Source of the DNA: Octopus vulgaris
Taxonomy: Eukaryota
Assembly: GCA_951406725.2 (NCBI GenBank)
Contig: OX597816.1
Coordinates: forward strand, 41,788,001-41,852,000
Reading direction: 5' to 3'
Length of the DNA stretch: 64,000 nucleotides
Positions 53,391 to 64,000 of this stretch are shown here, in pieces. Below the pieces are notes generated by a model. It worked only from the letters and a program-made list of their open reading frames with translations, ran no database searches and had not been told where the DNA came from. A program made the translations under genes and the position numbers. Each line of letters begins with the position of its first letter. The stretch's first letter is position 1.

Positions 53391-55099
53391 ATGGCAGACG
53401 CAGGACAGGAGAAGAAATGCCGGTAATATAATGTCGAATAATTTGAAATAAGATTTTATTCCATCACCCCACTGCGAGCAATTGCCGTTTCACCTGATAT
53501 GTGAGAAGACATTCTCAAATGAAGCCATGAAATTGTATTCCAATAAAGCCGATCAAAGTTTAGGTATTTCAAAGACTTGTGCAACAAACATGGCACGAAC
53601 AAAACATTACATGGCATGTTTGCCGCTGCGGCACCTAACAATGACGATGGTCTACACGATTCTAAAATATTGATCTTAATTCCAAGGCAAGCAAATCCAT
53701 AAAATTACGGTAACTTTATTTGCTACAGTCATTCGTGGAATTATGATAACTGTTTTGAAGAATAATCTAGGACCGGTTTTGAAATCTATCTCTTTTTGAG
53801 CAAAAATACCGTACAGATGCTCATTGACGAAATGACCGGTGATGCTGAAGAAAATGTTTGCAACATTTTGCGAAACACGGAGTTTAGAAAGCAACTAGGC
53901 GATTCAATTATGCCCCACAATGAATCTCTCCTCTGGATATGAATCATTCATGAATCATTCATGGTCGGATACTATTTCAAGAAATGCTCTTTTCCCACAC
54001 TATGGGAACTGATACTAAACGACACTCTGTGTTTCGCACTGTGGAGGAATCTTTGAACCAGAAAAGAATACCAATGAAAAACGTTCTTGCATGTGCAACA
54101 GACGATGCTGCATCTATCGTTGTGCAATACCGAGGTTTCATCGTATTTATCAAGCAGCATCCCAAAAGTTATGGTCATTCACTGTATCATCCATCGACAA
54201 CATTTTGTCACCACACACATCACTCAACATCTAACCTCTTCTCTGACCACTGTGATTGCAGCTGTGAACAAAATCAAAGCTCAGCCGTTAAATTCTGGAC
54301 TTTTAAAGAATTTGAGTGGCTCCTACTGCGAACACAGGCACGATGTCTTTCTAAAGGAAACTGCCCTTTTTGCCTTTTCTCGTTATTTACTGTGTCGTTA
54401 ATGTTTTACAGTCATAGGATTCGTTGCTAAAAGAGCGACTCACAGCCTTCAAACTGCATTTTGTTTTCTTAGCTGACATTCTTGCGAAGTTAAACAACCT
54501 GAACCTCCTACTGCAAGATGATGAAACTTCATCAAATCCAAGTTTGCCATCTCTGGTTTCATCGCGAAACTGCCATTTTAACAGCGAAATATTGGAAGCA
54601 AATACCGCTGTCAATTTCCACGCATTAAGCAACTGGGAGAATGCCCATCTGATGATGGACTTCTCCGTTTCACAGAGCATCTCAAGAGCGCTGAAGCTGA
54701 CCTGAAACTGCGTTTTCAGGATTTGTCAGATCGGGAAATACCTCCTTGGATCTTGGTCCCTTTTCAGATCATATATATCGACATGGACAGGTCTGTTGAG
54801 AGGGAACTGATTGAGTGAGTTTATTTTTTAAAACCATACGCTTTCCAAGAAATTTGTGGCTGGAGTACAATATTCTAGAAAACTCCCATGCATTGTGGAA
54901 AAAGGCAAATTTGTTTTTTATTGCCTTCCCAAACTCGTATTTACTTCAAAGAGGTTTCACTGTGGTGTCCCAGATTCTCAACAAGTTGAGAAATCGTCTG
55001 GATATTGAGCAGTGAAGAGACTTGTAACTTAACCTTACCGCCATGAAGCCCAATATTGAAGAACTGTTGACAAAACACCAACTCCATCCTTCACATTAA
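53391..55099 (+). pseudogene. hAT (Buster/Charlie-type, ZBED5/SCAND3-like) transposase pseudogene
   Basis: MADAGQEKKCR*YNVE, LICEKTFSNEAMK (BED finger), IPMKNVLACATDDAAS, VIHCIIHRQH, LLLRTQARCLSKGNC (LLLHTEVRWLSKG), FLADILAKLNNLNLLLQ, LFFIAFPNSYLLQRGF..RNRLDI and terminal HPSH*. Many stops and frameshifts. A likely 3' TIR aagtttgggggaccaatg lies at 55300-55317; no 5' TIR is recognisable. Confidence 0.93.
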
Positions 55100-56269
55100 C
55101 TTCACGTATGTTCATACTTATTTTTTAAAATGCTATTCATAACTACCTTTCTATTAACTTTATTAAGATTAGATGACGGAAAACGTCAATTTTACTTCAG
55201 TTACTTCATATCACAATAAACATGGTGTCGATTATTTTTTTAGGATAGGGTGGGGGGGATGATTGGGCAAAGTGTTGAAAAAGGGATGACAGTTTGGACA
55301 AGTTTGGGGGACCAATGGTATGAATGTTCCGTTGTATAAAGTAATACAAACTGATATTGTGAACAATTGACTGCTATTCTTAGCAACGGGGGCGGGGAGA
55401 GATATTAACGTTACCTCTTCCGTACCTTATAAACTCCGTCGACACTTTAAACATTTAAGAGAAATCTTGCCACTCATACACTTTGGAAAATGTGACACTT
55501 TAAGTTTTAAAAGAATACGTATACTAAGTCTATTTTCTATCATATTCAGTAAAAAATGAAGCTTGATATGACTGTTGAATATGCAAAAATAATTTATACA
55601 TATTTTTTGGTTAATATTACTTCCATTATGAAAGCGTGTTTGCTTATACATACACTAAAACAACCTATGACGCATTTAGCCTGACAAAAATACAAATATG
55701 TATTCCAGGACGGACAGATAACACTCCATTATGATTTAAGCGTCTCAATGTGAAGTTTCATTTGATTAAAAACGTTTGTTTGAAAATATAATTTTATTCC
55801 TTTGAAGTACTGAAAAATATTACAAAAATGTATTTGCTGGTAACTCGAAAACAAAATTACATTGCAAAATTTCATTATTAGAATAAAATTTTTATAATAT
55901 TCCATTGTAAATATGAAAGCATTTAGAAAGAAAATATGTGCAAGGAAAATCTAGTAAAGAAAATACAGACGTTTATCAGGAATGTGCGACATTATTGTGA
56001 ATAAGTGAGAAAACATATTAAGTGATTGATGGCAAAATAAAAAGAGAATAAAAACTGTAAGGTGAATTCATAACGCTGTTGTAAATGGGATTGTAGTGTT
56101 ATATGTTTTCGAGGGCGAGCTGAATCAATAAACATTCCGAGGCAGGAGGAGGCATTACATATGGGGATGTACAGGCAAGGAAATAATTATGAAATCTTTG
56201 AATGTGCTCCCTTATATATTACCCTATCTATTAGAGTGATAAAATAATAATAAAAAAGAACAAAAAAAT

Positions 56270-56640
56270 TAACAAACTGAAATAACAGTCCACATATATT
56301 CGACGGCTATCACTCTGCTGGAATCAAACAAATTTAACCTCCAACAATACCTGAAGACAGTCATCAATAACCAAAGAAGAGCTGAGGAGAAATGGGCTGT
56401 TGAGAAAATCAAACTCAACTCCAGAGTGCACCTCTTTTGGGGGAAAAAACACCAGGTCACTGTATCCACTGTTGGTCCTCTAATTGATGAAAATGGCACT
56501 CTCCAAGTTGATATCAAAACCATTAGTGAGATACTGCAGAAACAGTAGGGTTTTGTTTTTATCAATCCTGTTATGGCCGATCAGTACTGTATCAATGATA
56601 TTAATCCTCAACACAGTATATCGGACATAATCTTTGGCGC
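56270..56640 (+). mobile_element. CR1-group LINE fragment (endonuclease-RT linker)
   Basis: EEKWAVEKIKLNSR..VGPLIDENGTLQVDIKTISEILQKQ*GFVF matches IK.NPK..IGPL.D.NG.L..D...AEIL..Q..SVF. Confidence 0.78.
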
Positions 56641-56683
56641 CCTGATGTATGTACGTATGTATGTATGTATGTATGTATGTATG

Positions 56684-56800
<117 letters not shown>

Positions 56801-57241
56801 TATATATACATATATACATATATGTATATACAGACACACATATACATGTACATCATGCGCATACGCATAGGCACGCACACGTGTCCTGGCGATAGGAGAG
56901 AAACACTCGTTTATGTGCATACACGAACAGAGAGAGACACGGTATTGTCACGAAAACGTATTTGTTCAGACACACATATTCTTTATAGAAACATATATGC
57001 TTGCGCAATCACAAATATATGCGACTTGTTTTGCGGCTCCAATAGGCATCCACGCCTCAAAACCTCTACTTCATCCACTTTCAGTCGGTTCAGCCTGCCT
57101 TGAACGCTTAACTTATGCATGTTTCCTGCGAAAAAGAGTAGGATAAAAAAGGTTAAAGATTTTTTCCAGTTTTCCTGTGCGCCAGCAACATGGAATCTGT
57201 TTGTGGTTTCTTCATCCTGTCTCTTTGTTTTTTTAAAATTT

Positions 57242-57245
<4 letters not shown>

Positions 57246-57321
<76 letters not shown>

Positions 57322-57322
57322 C

Positions 57323-57369
<47 letters not shown>

Positions 57370-57382
57370 CTCTATCTCTCTA

Positions 57383-57415
<33 letters not shown>

Positions 57416-57418
57416 CTA
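57246..57418. repeat. (TATC)n/(TC)n microsatellite
   Basis: Tetranucleotide run; the source of the LSIY ORFs. Confidence 0.98.
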
Positions 57419-57500
57419 GCTATTTATTTATATGTATATATAATCGTGCAAACCTAATGCAAAAGCGAAATATATACATACATGCACATGCATAAGTACA

Positions 57501-57554
<54 letters not shown>

Positions 57555-58358
57555 GTATATGTCTATGTATATATATATTCTATATATATATGCGTCTATA
57601 TACATATGTATGTATGTGTGTGTGTATGTGATTGCGTACATATATCATAAGGTTCTATATGTTTACTTCCTTCAATATCGGTCACCAAGACAATATACCC
57701 ATTACCTGTAATTGTTTTGAAATGATAAGAGCGATTGAAATATTGATAATCCTTATCAATCACGAATGGAAAAAATATTGGCATGTAAGAAAATAATTTA
57801 ACTCGGAATATTGAATTACATGAGTGAAAATAATTTAGGGAAATCCAAAATCTTTTCTATTGGTAGTTTTTCAATAAGTTTTCTGAAATTTATTTTAATA
57901 TTACATTTCTGAATTGCTTTACCTTATTTGAGGAGTCAGCTATGATAGGAGCAGGTATGGTCATACGTCATGTATTTCAATAATATGCTTTCACGCCATG
58001 TGTTTCAATACATATGGTCTTATGTTATGTCTTTCAATAACAATCACAATCTCTCTTTTTCTCTTTGGTTTTACAATCTCAGAAGAAATGTTAAACCGTT
58101 CATTGAGATTTTCTGAAATTACTACAATGAGGTTAGGATTACCTCTGAACACGTTTGTTTTTGTATTTAGTTTTCCCATTAATTTGATTGCTACTTGAAG
58201 AATTTATTTAGCCATGTAGTTCAAATGTCAGAATCGGAACCAGCTACGATTCATTTAGATGTCGACAATATGTCGTTAAGTAAAATAAGTGATCGCCGCC
58301 TACAAAATCTAAAGCAGCGTTTTACTTATTAAAATTTAAATGACCATCCTATGTGTAA

Positions 58359-58411
<53 letters not shown>

Positions 58412-58421
58412 TATATATATA

Positions 58422-59340
58422 TACTAAAATATAGCCGGAGTTGCTCCGGTTTGTTTTTTAGTTGCGCTTCGTTCATTCATTCTGTCTTACGATAATGCAT
58501 TTAGTTTTTCTCACAAAAACTCCATTGAAATTTCTGAATTGTACTCAATGTTGTAGCAGTTGCCGACATTGAAAATTAGTGCATTGACGCAGCGAACGTT
58601 ACTCCTCTGCATTAGATCAGCTGATCTGTCGTTCGCTCAAAACCAATGACATCACAAACAAATTATTTTAGACCCTTTAGAATTGGAATTTGTGAAAGGT
58701 AAAAATGTTGCATTATGTAGCTTGTTATTCTCTTTAAGTGAACATTTTTCTGGTTCAATACACCGAAAAATGGCGACACGGCAGTCAAAAAGTCGTAAAA
58801 AATAGGGATTTCAGTCAAAACCAAATTTACACGTTGCTTACCAATTTTGGGCTACTTAAATCTAAATGAGTTTTTTTCTATCTAATATCTTTTAACGTGC
58901 TCTTCACCAGATCATTCTACTCATCGAGATCTTTTAAAAGTATATAATTTTAATATTCTTATTCTTTGAAATAGCAGAAATTACTTCCCAAGGTAAATTT
59001 TAGGCATTACTCTTCCATTTTGAACCCTACAATTTTATCATAACATTTTTCTACTTTACGAAATGTCGATTATATTATGTCAAAGTGTAGCTTACCACTG
59101 GTCCATCATAGCGAATTAAGATTGAACTAAGACTGAACTAAAACTGAATGAGTGGTGAAGCGTTAAATTTGTCACAAATGAGTAAAAATTGACGTTAAGA
59201 ATATCATTCATATGCAGCTGTCTTGCAATTGTTGCTGGAGGTGATGGTGGTGGTGGTGGTGGTGGCGTTGGTGGCGGTGGTGGCCTTGACAGTGGTGAGT
59301 TGATAGTCAAAAACGAATATTTTTTACTCAATTAAAATGT
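58422..59340 (-). mobile_element. Non-autonomous Helitron-like element with its 3' terminus at the left
   Basis: The minus strand ends caaaccggagcaactccggctatattttagt: a perfect 6-bp GC hairpin (ccggag/ctccgg) about 10 nt before a degenerate CTAG-T. The 5' boundary is approximate. Confidence 0.6.
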
Positions 59341-59399
59341 TTATGTCTCTTCTCACCTAAAACGCCTAAGTGCAATTATTTATCGTCTACGAACTTGAA

Positions 59400-59931
59400 A
59401 ATTGATAGTTGTTTATAAAATATGGATAATGGGCATTGCATGCTAACATGAAAAATAATGGGACAGTATGTACAAACATGTAAACGAAGCTGAGCTTCGA
59501 ATCACCAGGAAAAGCACGGGAGCATCAACGTACGGGAGGAGAAATTTGAACCAAAGTGAATACAATGAATATTTACAAGAAAGGGAACGTGTTCAAGCTA
59601 GAAGACAAAATGAAAACCAGAGAGACAATAACAAGCAAATTGTAAACATATGGTTGAAATTTACAACATAGATGTCATAAATATGCTCTGTAATCATTGT
59701 GAAGCTCCCTATATTAATCATTGAACCTCTGAGCTGCTGAGAGAATGGAAAACCTATTCTTCGTCGGTTGCATACAACCTCATACAGAGGAACTGAATGT
59801 TATTTTTCTTGAAATGAAGACTATGCAGCATACACAATTTCAAAAGAAACACTAATTTTATGGTTCTTTATAAACCTCACCCATCTAAAAACTTCCGTAT
59901 TTAACCCGGAATTTCCACGAGTACTGCTAGT
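59400..59931 (+). mobile_element. Second Helitron-like segment with its 3' terminus at the right
   Basis: Ends aacccggaatttccacgagtactgCTAG-t (degenerate hairpin plus CTAG) and contains a short R/E/Q-rich ORF (ERERVQARRQNE). Confidence 0.45.
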
Positions 59932-60402
59932 AATTATTATTCGGAACCGATCCACGTTTCAATTTCCTTTGAGATTTTCATGGTTTTCGACAAAAGAAAT
60001 TCAATGAATCCATCTTGACATCTTTTGTCAATAAATATCCACACTGTCTTGTTTGGCATATTTGTATATGGCTTAGTTTTCAATGACATAATAAAACTTC
60101 AAAGAGTAGACCAGCGGTTACATCTAACTAAAGTTAAGGTTTTAGAATTTTTACGATCATTGTGATCGAGAATGTAAGTAATCCTTGTTCGTATTTGTTG
60201 AGTGTAATACGTATGCTTTGGGGAGTTAAGAGAAAATAACGATTTAATCTTAAAACGTATTGCAAAGAGGCATGACACAACTTGGTCTGTAATAAATCTC
60301 ACAGATGAGCATGTTTGATATGAGTGTATGCGTCTCTAATGTATAAGTATATTTTGTAAGTATATACAATCTCCAGCTTATTAGTCTATATGTTACATGT
60401 GA

Positions 60403-60616
60403 CAGGGGTGCTGGAGAGTTCCTGGATTTGGGTAACGGAAAACACAGAAGGATCTGTTGATTATGATTTTATTCAACATATGCCCCTCTTAGATTCAAGT
60501 GTCTATTGCAACGGTCCTTCAGATTTTCCAAGCGTTGTAAAGAACTCGGAATGTTGGGTCACCAACTTGGCCTTTCGCGCTACCTTTAGAGCCAGGAAAT
60601 TTTCAGGAAACACTCG
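60403..60616 (-). mobile_element. Mariner-derived MITE or internal-deletion derivative
   Basis: Imperfect TIRs caggggtgctggagagttcctgg and ccaggaaattttcaggaaacactcg. The minus strand encodes the mariner C-terminus DRCNRHLNLRGAYVE*. Confidence 0.75.
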
Positions 60617-61454
60617 CGCCTACAAGCATGAGTATGTTCTTCAGCATCTTTTTGCACATGTTGATATGGTAACGATTATCTTAATAGCAGTATTGCCCAC
60701 CCAGTAATTGATGCTTACGAATGAGGAATTTTGCAGTAATTTTGCGATGGTGTATGCACATTACCACACATAAATATTTGCATCGAATATTTGCATCAAA
60801 TTAAATAGCAGTGTCATATAAACAACAGGAAGTGATGCACTCTAATCGAGTTACAATGTAAATCGATGAATTTAAAGGTCTAATTCTACTTAGTGATGTA
60901 TTTCTATTGTACAGGCCATGCTTAATTTTCGTCGACCTAATCAATAGATAAACGTATTTCTCGCTATATATATACCTGAATTGCTGATGTTTGAGCTATA
61001 CAACATTAAAGCATATAGGTATATAGCGAGAAATAGGTCTATCTTTTGACTAGATCGACAAATATTCAAGCATGTGGTAAGATAATGTTTCTCATTTATC
61101 CTTTCCACAAACGTCATGTAAAAAGTGAGGTTGGAAGAAAGTTGAATGGAAAACGTTTTATTAAGATGTTCAAAACAGTTCCAAATGCAAATAACAACAA
61201 TAATATAACAACCAGTCAATTATGTGGATCAGAAAGTTTCTGTAATATATGAATATAAACACATTACAGAAGTCTCCCACGAATTAAAATAAAAACGATC
61301 AAAACCAACAACGTTTGCTCACTCCTAAAGCCATTACACGTAAACCAGAAACTAACTGGTTAAAATAAAGGCGGGATCTATAACAGTATACATACATACA
61401 TATATAAATACATATATATATATATATGTATATGAGTGCATAAATAAAATATAT

Positions 61455-62078
61455 ATACACCGAGAGAAGGCAATTGTGTGGTTTTGTTACACGCTAAAAA
61501 GTACAATCACATTCCCAAACCACGAAAAAGCATTCTCATTTAGGGCACATTTATTGTAAACGAGCAAGACAATTTGAAAGAATGAAAATAGTTAATTCTA
61601 TGCTCTGAAGTTTCACCATTCATTATTAAATAAATTAAATACTTGATCAATCAATTGATGAATCAATCATCTGTGTCTCTTCAGTAGAATCGCTGGGATA
61701 TATAATTGTAAAACTCTACTACATAACGAAACGACGGAAAAAACGAGCGTACTGAGTTTCATCGTTACATATCAAGAATTCGAATCAAATGTCCTCAATC
61801 AATGTGCCGAGCTAGAATGGTACAGCAATGAATCAATTCAACAGTGAATTGTCTGACACAAGAATTACGTATTTCAATATATAAATATAAAGTGTAAAAT
61901 TTATTAAAATATTATAATTTATACCAATGGCTACAATGCATAAAAATGTGGCATAAATGTTTTTAGATGAAGATGAATGCCTTACAATCTATACACAGAG
62001 ATGACCACTATGTGGTTTTATATTGTAAAAATGGCAGTCAAATTCCCAAACCACGAAAAACATTCTTTTCTATGGCAC
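61455..62078. repeat. Diverged direct repeat of about 90 bp (61455-61548, 61991-62078)
   Basis: Both copies read atacac.gaga..tgtggtttt..aaaaa..a.tca.attcccaaaccacgaaaaa.cattct..t..ggcac. Confidence 0.8.
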
Positions 62079-62171
62079 TCATATATACTATAAGAATATT
62101 TATGTCAACTGAGTTTTTTTACGCATGCTAGCCGTTAGTATAAATGATTATTTTTTAATAACTTTTTACCC

Positions 62172-62218
<47 letters not shown>

Positions 62219-62221
62219 TTC

Positions 62222-62919
62222 ATTTTTCTTTCATTTTATCTAGTTTCAGCTTACGAGCTGTGGCCATGCTGGGACAGTGCCATTCGGTGTTGCTACATGA
62301 TTTTACTTCACGAATGCTTTTTAGCATTTGACATTTGGTGCATGAGAGAGTTTGATGCAGCTGCTCTCATCTGCACCTCCTGTCGTGAAGTTGGTTCATC
62401 TGGGATACCTGACAGGAAGAGGTCCAGCTTTATTTTAAAGACATCTGCATCCACACCATGCAGGTGTCTCAGGTCCTTCGAGAGAATATTGAAGAGCTGT
62501 GAACCTCTGAAGCCCAGGCTATCACATTATCTTGTCCTACATCTTGATGGCAACTTTGCAGTCCTTGGCACTATGCAGTGGCGCCCAGTTCTAGTATTTG
62601 TGTAACTCTCGATGCCAAAATTTGGGACAAGTCCTTCCAGGATCTTCCAGATGTATATTATGGCATATCTTTCTCGCCTACGCTCTAAGGAATAAAGTCT
62701 TAATCTCTTGAGTCTTTTCCAATAGCTTATATGCTGCATAGAGGCTATCTTCTTCGTGTAGCTTCGTTGGATCGCCTCAGGTTTTGTGATTAATTTGACA
62801 ATAGTTGGTGAACATAGCTGAGAGCAATAGTCAAAGTGGCTTAGGACAAGTGTCCTCCAGAGGACCACCATGGTTTCCTGGACTCTTGTTCTAAAAGCTC
62901 TAAGAATCCATCCGGTCAG

Positions 62920-62921
<2 letters not shown>
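62222..62921 (-). mobile_element. 5'-truncated CR1-group LINE: RT C-terminus, 3' UTR and tail
   Basis: GWILRAFRTR..LWRTLVLSHFDYCSQL..EAIQRSYTKKI..SYWKRLKRLRLYSLERRRERYAIIYIWKILEGLVPN..GSQLFNIL..FKIKLDLFLSGIPDEP, with 3' end ccagcatggccacagctcgtaagctgaaactagataaaa. Confidence 0.95.
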
Positions 62922-62971
<50 letters not shown>

Positions 62972-62976
<5 letters not shown>

Positions 62977-64000
62977 AATATTAGGGAATAAATCCAAATT
63001 TACAGGGAAAAAATCAGATTTAGGATTAAATCCAATTTTATAGTAAAATATTATAAAATATTATTAGAGACAAAACCACTATTTTGCAAAACAAACAAGG
63101 AAAGACTTAATCAATACATAAAATTTTAATAAATAGTCAAAAAAACCGCCACTACAATTGTTTCTTGTCTTGATCGACAATCTTCAGGTGGACTTCCAAT
63201 CTAAAATATCAATATTTTAAAATATAAAAATAATAATTTTAAAATAATTAAAGTATGAATGAAAAAATATAAATATATAATCCATATATAACCTATATAT
63301 AATCCATATATAATCAATATATAAACAATATATAAACTAAAATAAACCTATCAACAATTAAATATAAAATATAAAATATAAAATATAAAATATAAAACAA
63401 AACAAAAAAATAATAATAATATAATAATAAACTATATATACACCCATACACATATACCTAATTATATATAACCATATCTAACTACATACACTAAATCACA
63501 CACCTATATATATATCCCTATACATACACATAAAAAGGTCTAGGCAACTATAAATAAATAAAATAGCTAAATACTTCAACACAATACTTATTCATACTCC
63601 CACACACACACATATACAACCCACATTCACGCTCTAGAAAACGGACATCACTTAAAATTATGAACGGAGAAATAGAATAAATGGAATTAAAAATTATATT
63701 CACTTGGTAAAACGAACACTACTTAAAAATTATGAATGAAACAATGCAATAAACAACAGACATCGCAAATAGACACAAATTACTACGAATTCCTTAACAA
63801 ACCTACCATGATAAACCAAAACTCATTAAAACATATAATTATAAAATCTCCCTTTACTAAACTCTATAACATTCCTATATAGCAATCCCCCTAACCTAAA
63901 CATTCACACACAAATACACACACAATAAACCACACACCCACGACATATACAAATACCCACACCACTTACACATACCTATACATACATATAAACCTCAACA
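62972..64000 (-). mobile_element. Hammerhead-bearing non-coding element (Penelope terminal repeat or retrozyme-like), running off the window
   Basis: Begins at a (TA)n tract, is strongly G-poor on the plus strand, has no ORF in the track, and contains the ribozyme at 63149-63191. Confidence 0.65.
63149..63191 (-). ncRNA. Minimal type I hammerhead ribozyme
   Basis: Minus strand RNA: CCAC CUGAAGA UUGUC-gaucaa-GACAA GAAA CAAUUG UA GUGG. It has both core boxes, a 5-bp stem II, a palindromic stem III, a GUA cleavage triplet and a 4-bp stem I (CCAC/GUGG). Confidence 0.88.

Noticed and set aside
53391-55099. Possible domesticated ZBED/SCAND3-like host gene
   Set aside because: Multiple stops and frameshifts plus a TIR-like end indicate a dead transposon.

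Overview
AT-rich eukaryotic DNA with dense microsatellites, almost entirely decayed mobile elements. I found no host protein-coding exon, rRNA, intact tRNA or CRISPR array, and most ORF-track entries are microsatellite translations. The tRNA-derived SINE families resemble those I associate with octopus (coleoid cephalopod) genomes; this attribution comes from pattern recognition, not a search. Recognisable content: (i) at least six fragments of restriction-like-endonuclease (RLE, R4/Dong-type) LINEs, most in (TAA)n tracts, including a head-to-head pair; (ii) about seven Penelope-like RT/GIY-YIG remnants plus (TA)n-flanked non-coding pieces that look like Penelope terminal repeats; (iii) two CR1-group LINE fragments; (iv) four SINE families; (v) mariner, hAT and Helitron/Helentron-type DNA transposon relics. 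The best signals are a complete minimal type I hammerhead ribozyme on the minus strand (63149-63191), a zero-spacer 158-bp palindrome, a 2.3-kb inverted LINE pair, and a 3' stem-loop shared by a SINE and a CR1-group LINE. I see no convincing wholly new biological system; the findings are new instances or variants of known retroelement biology. Boundaries of decayed elements are approximate and identities were judged by eye.
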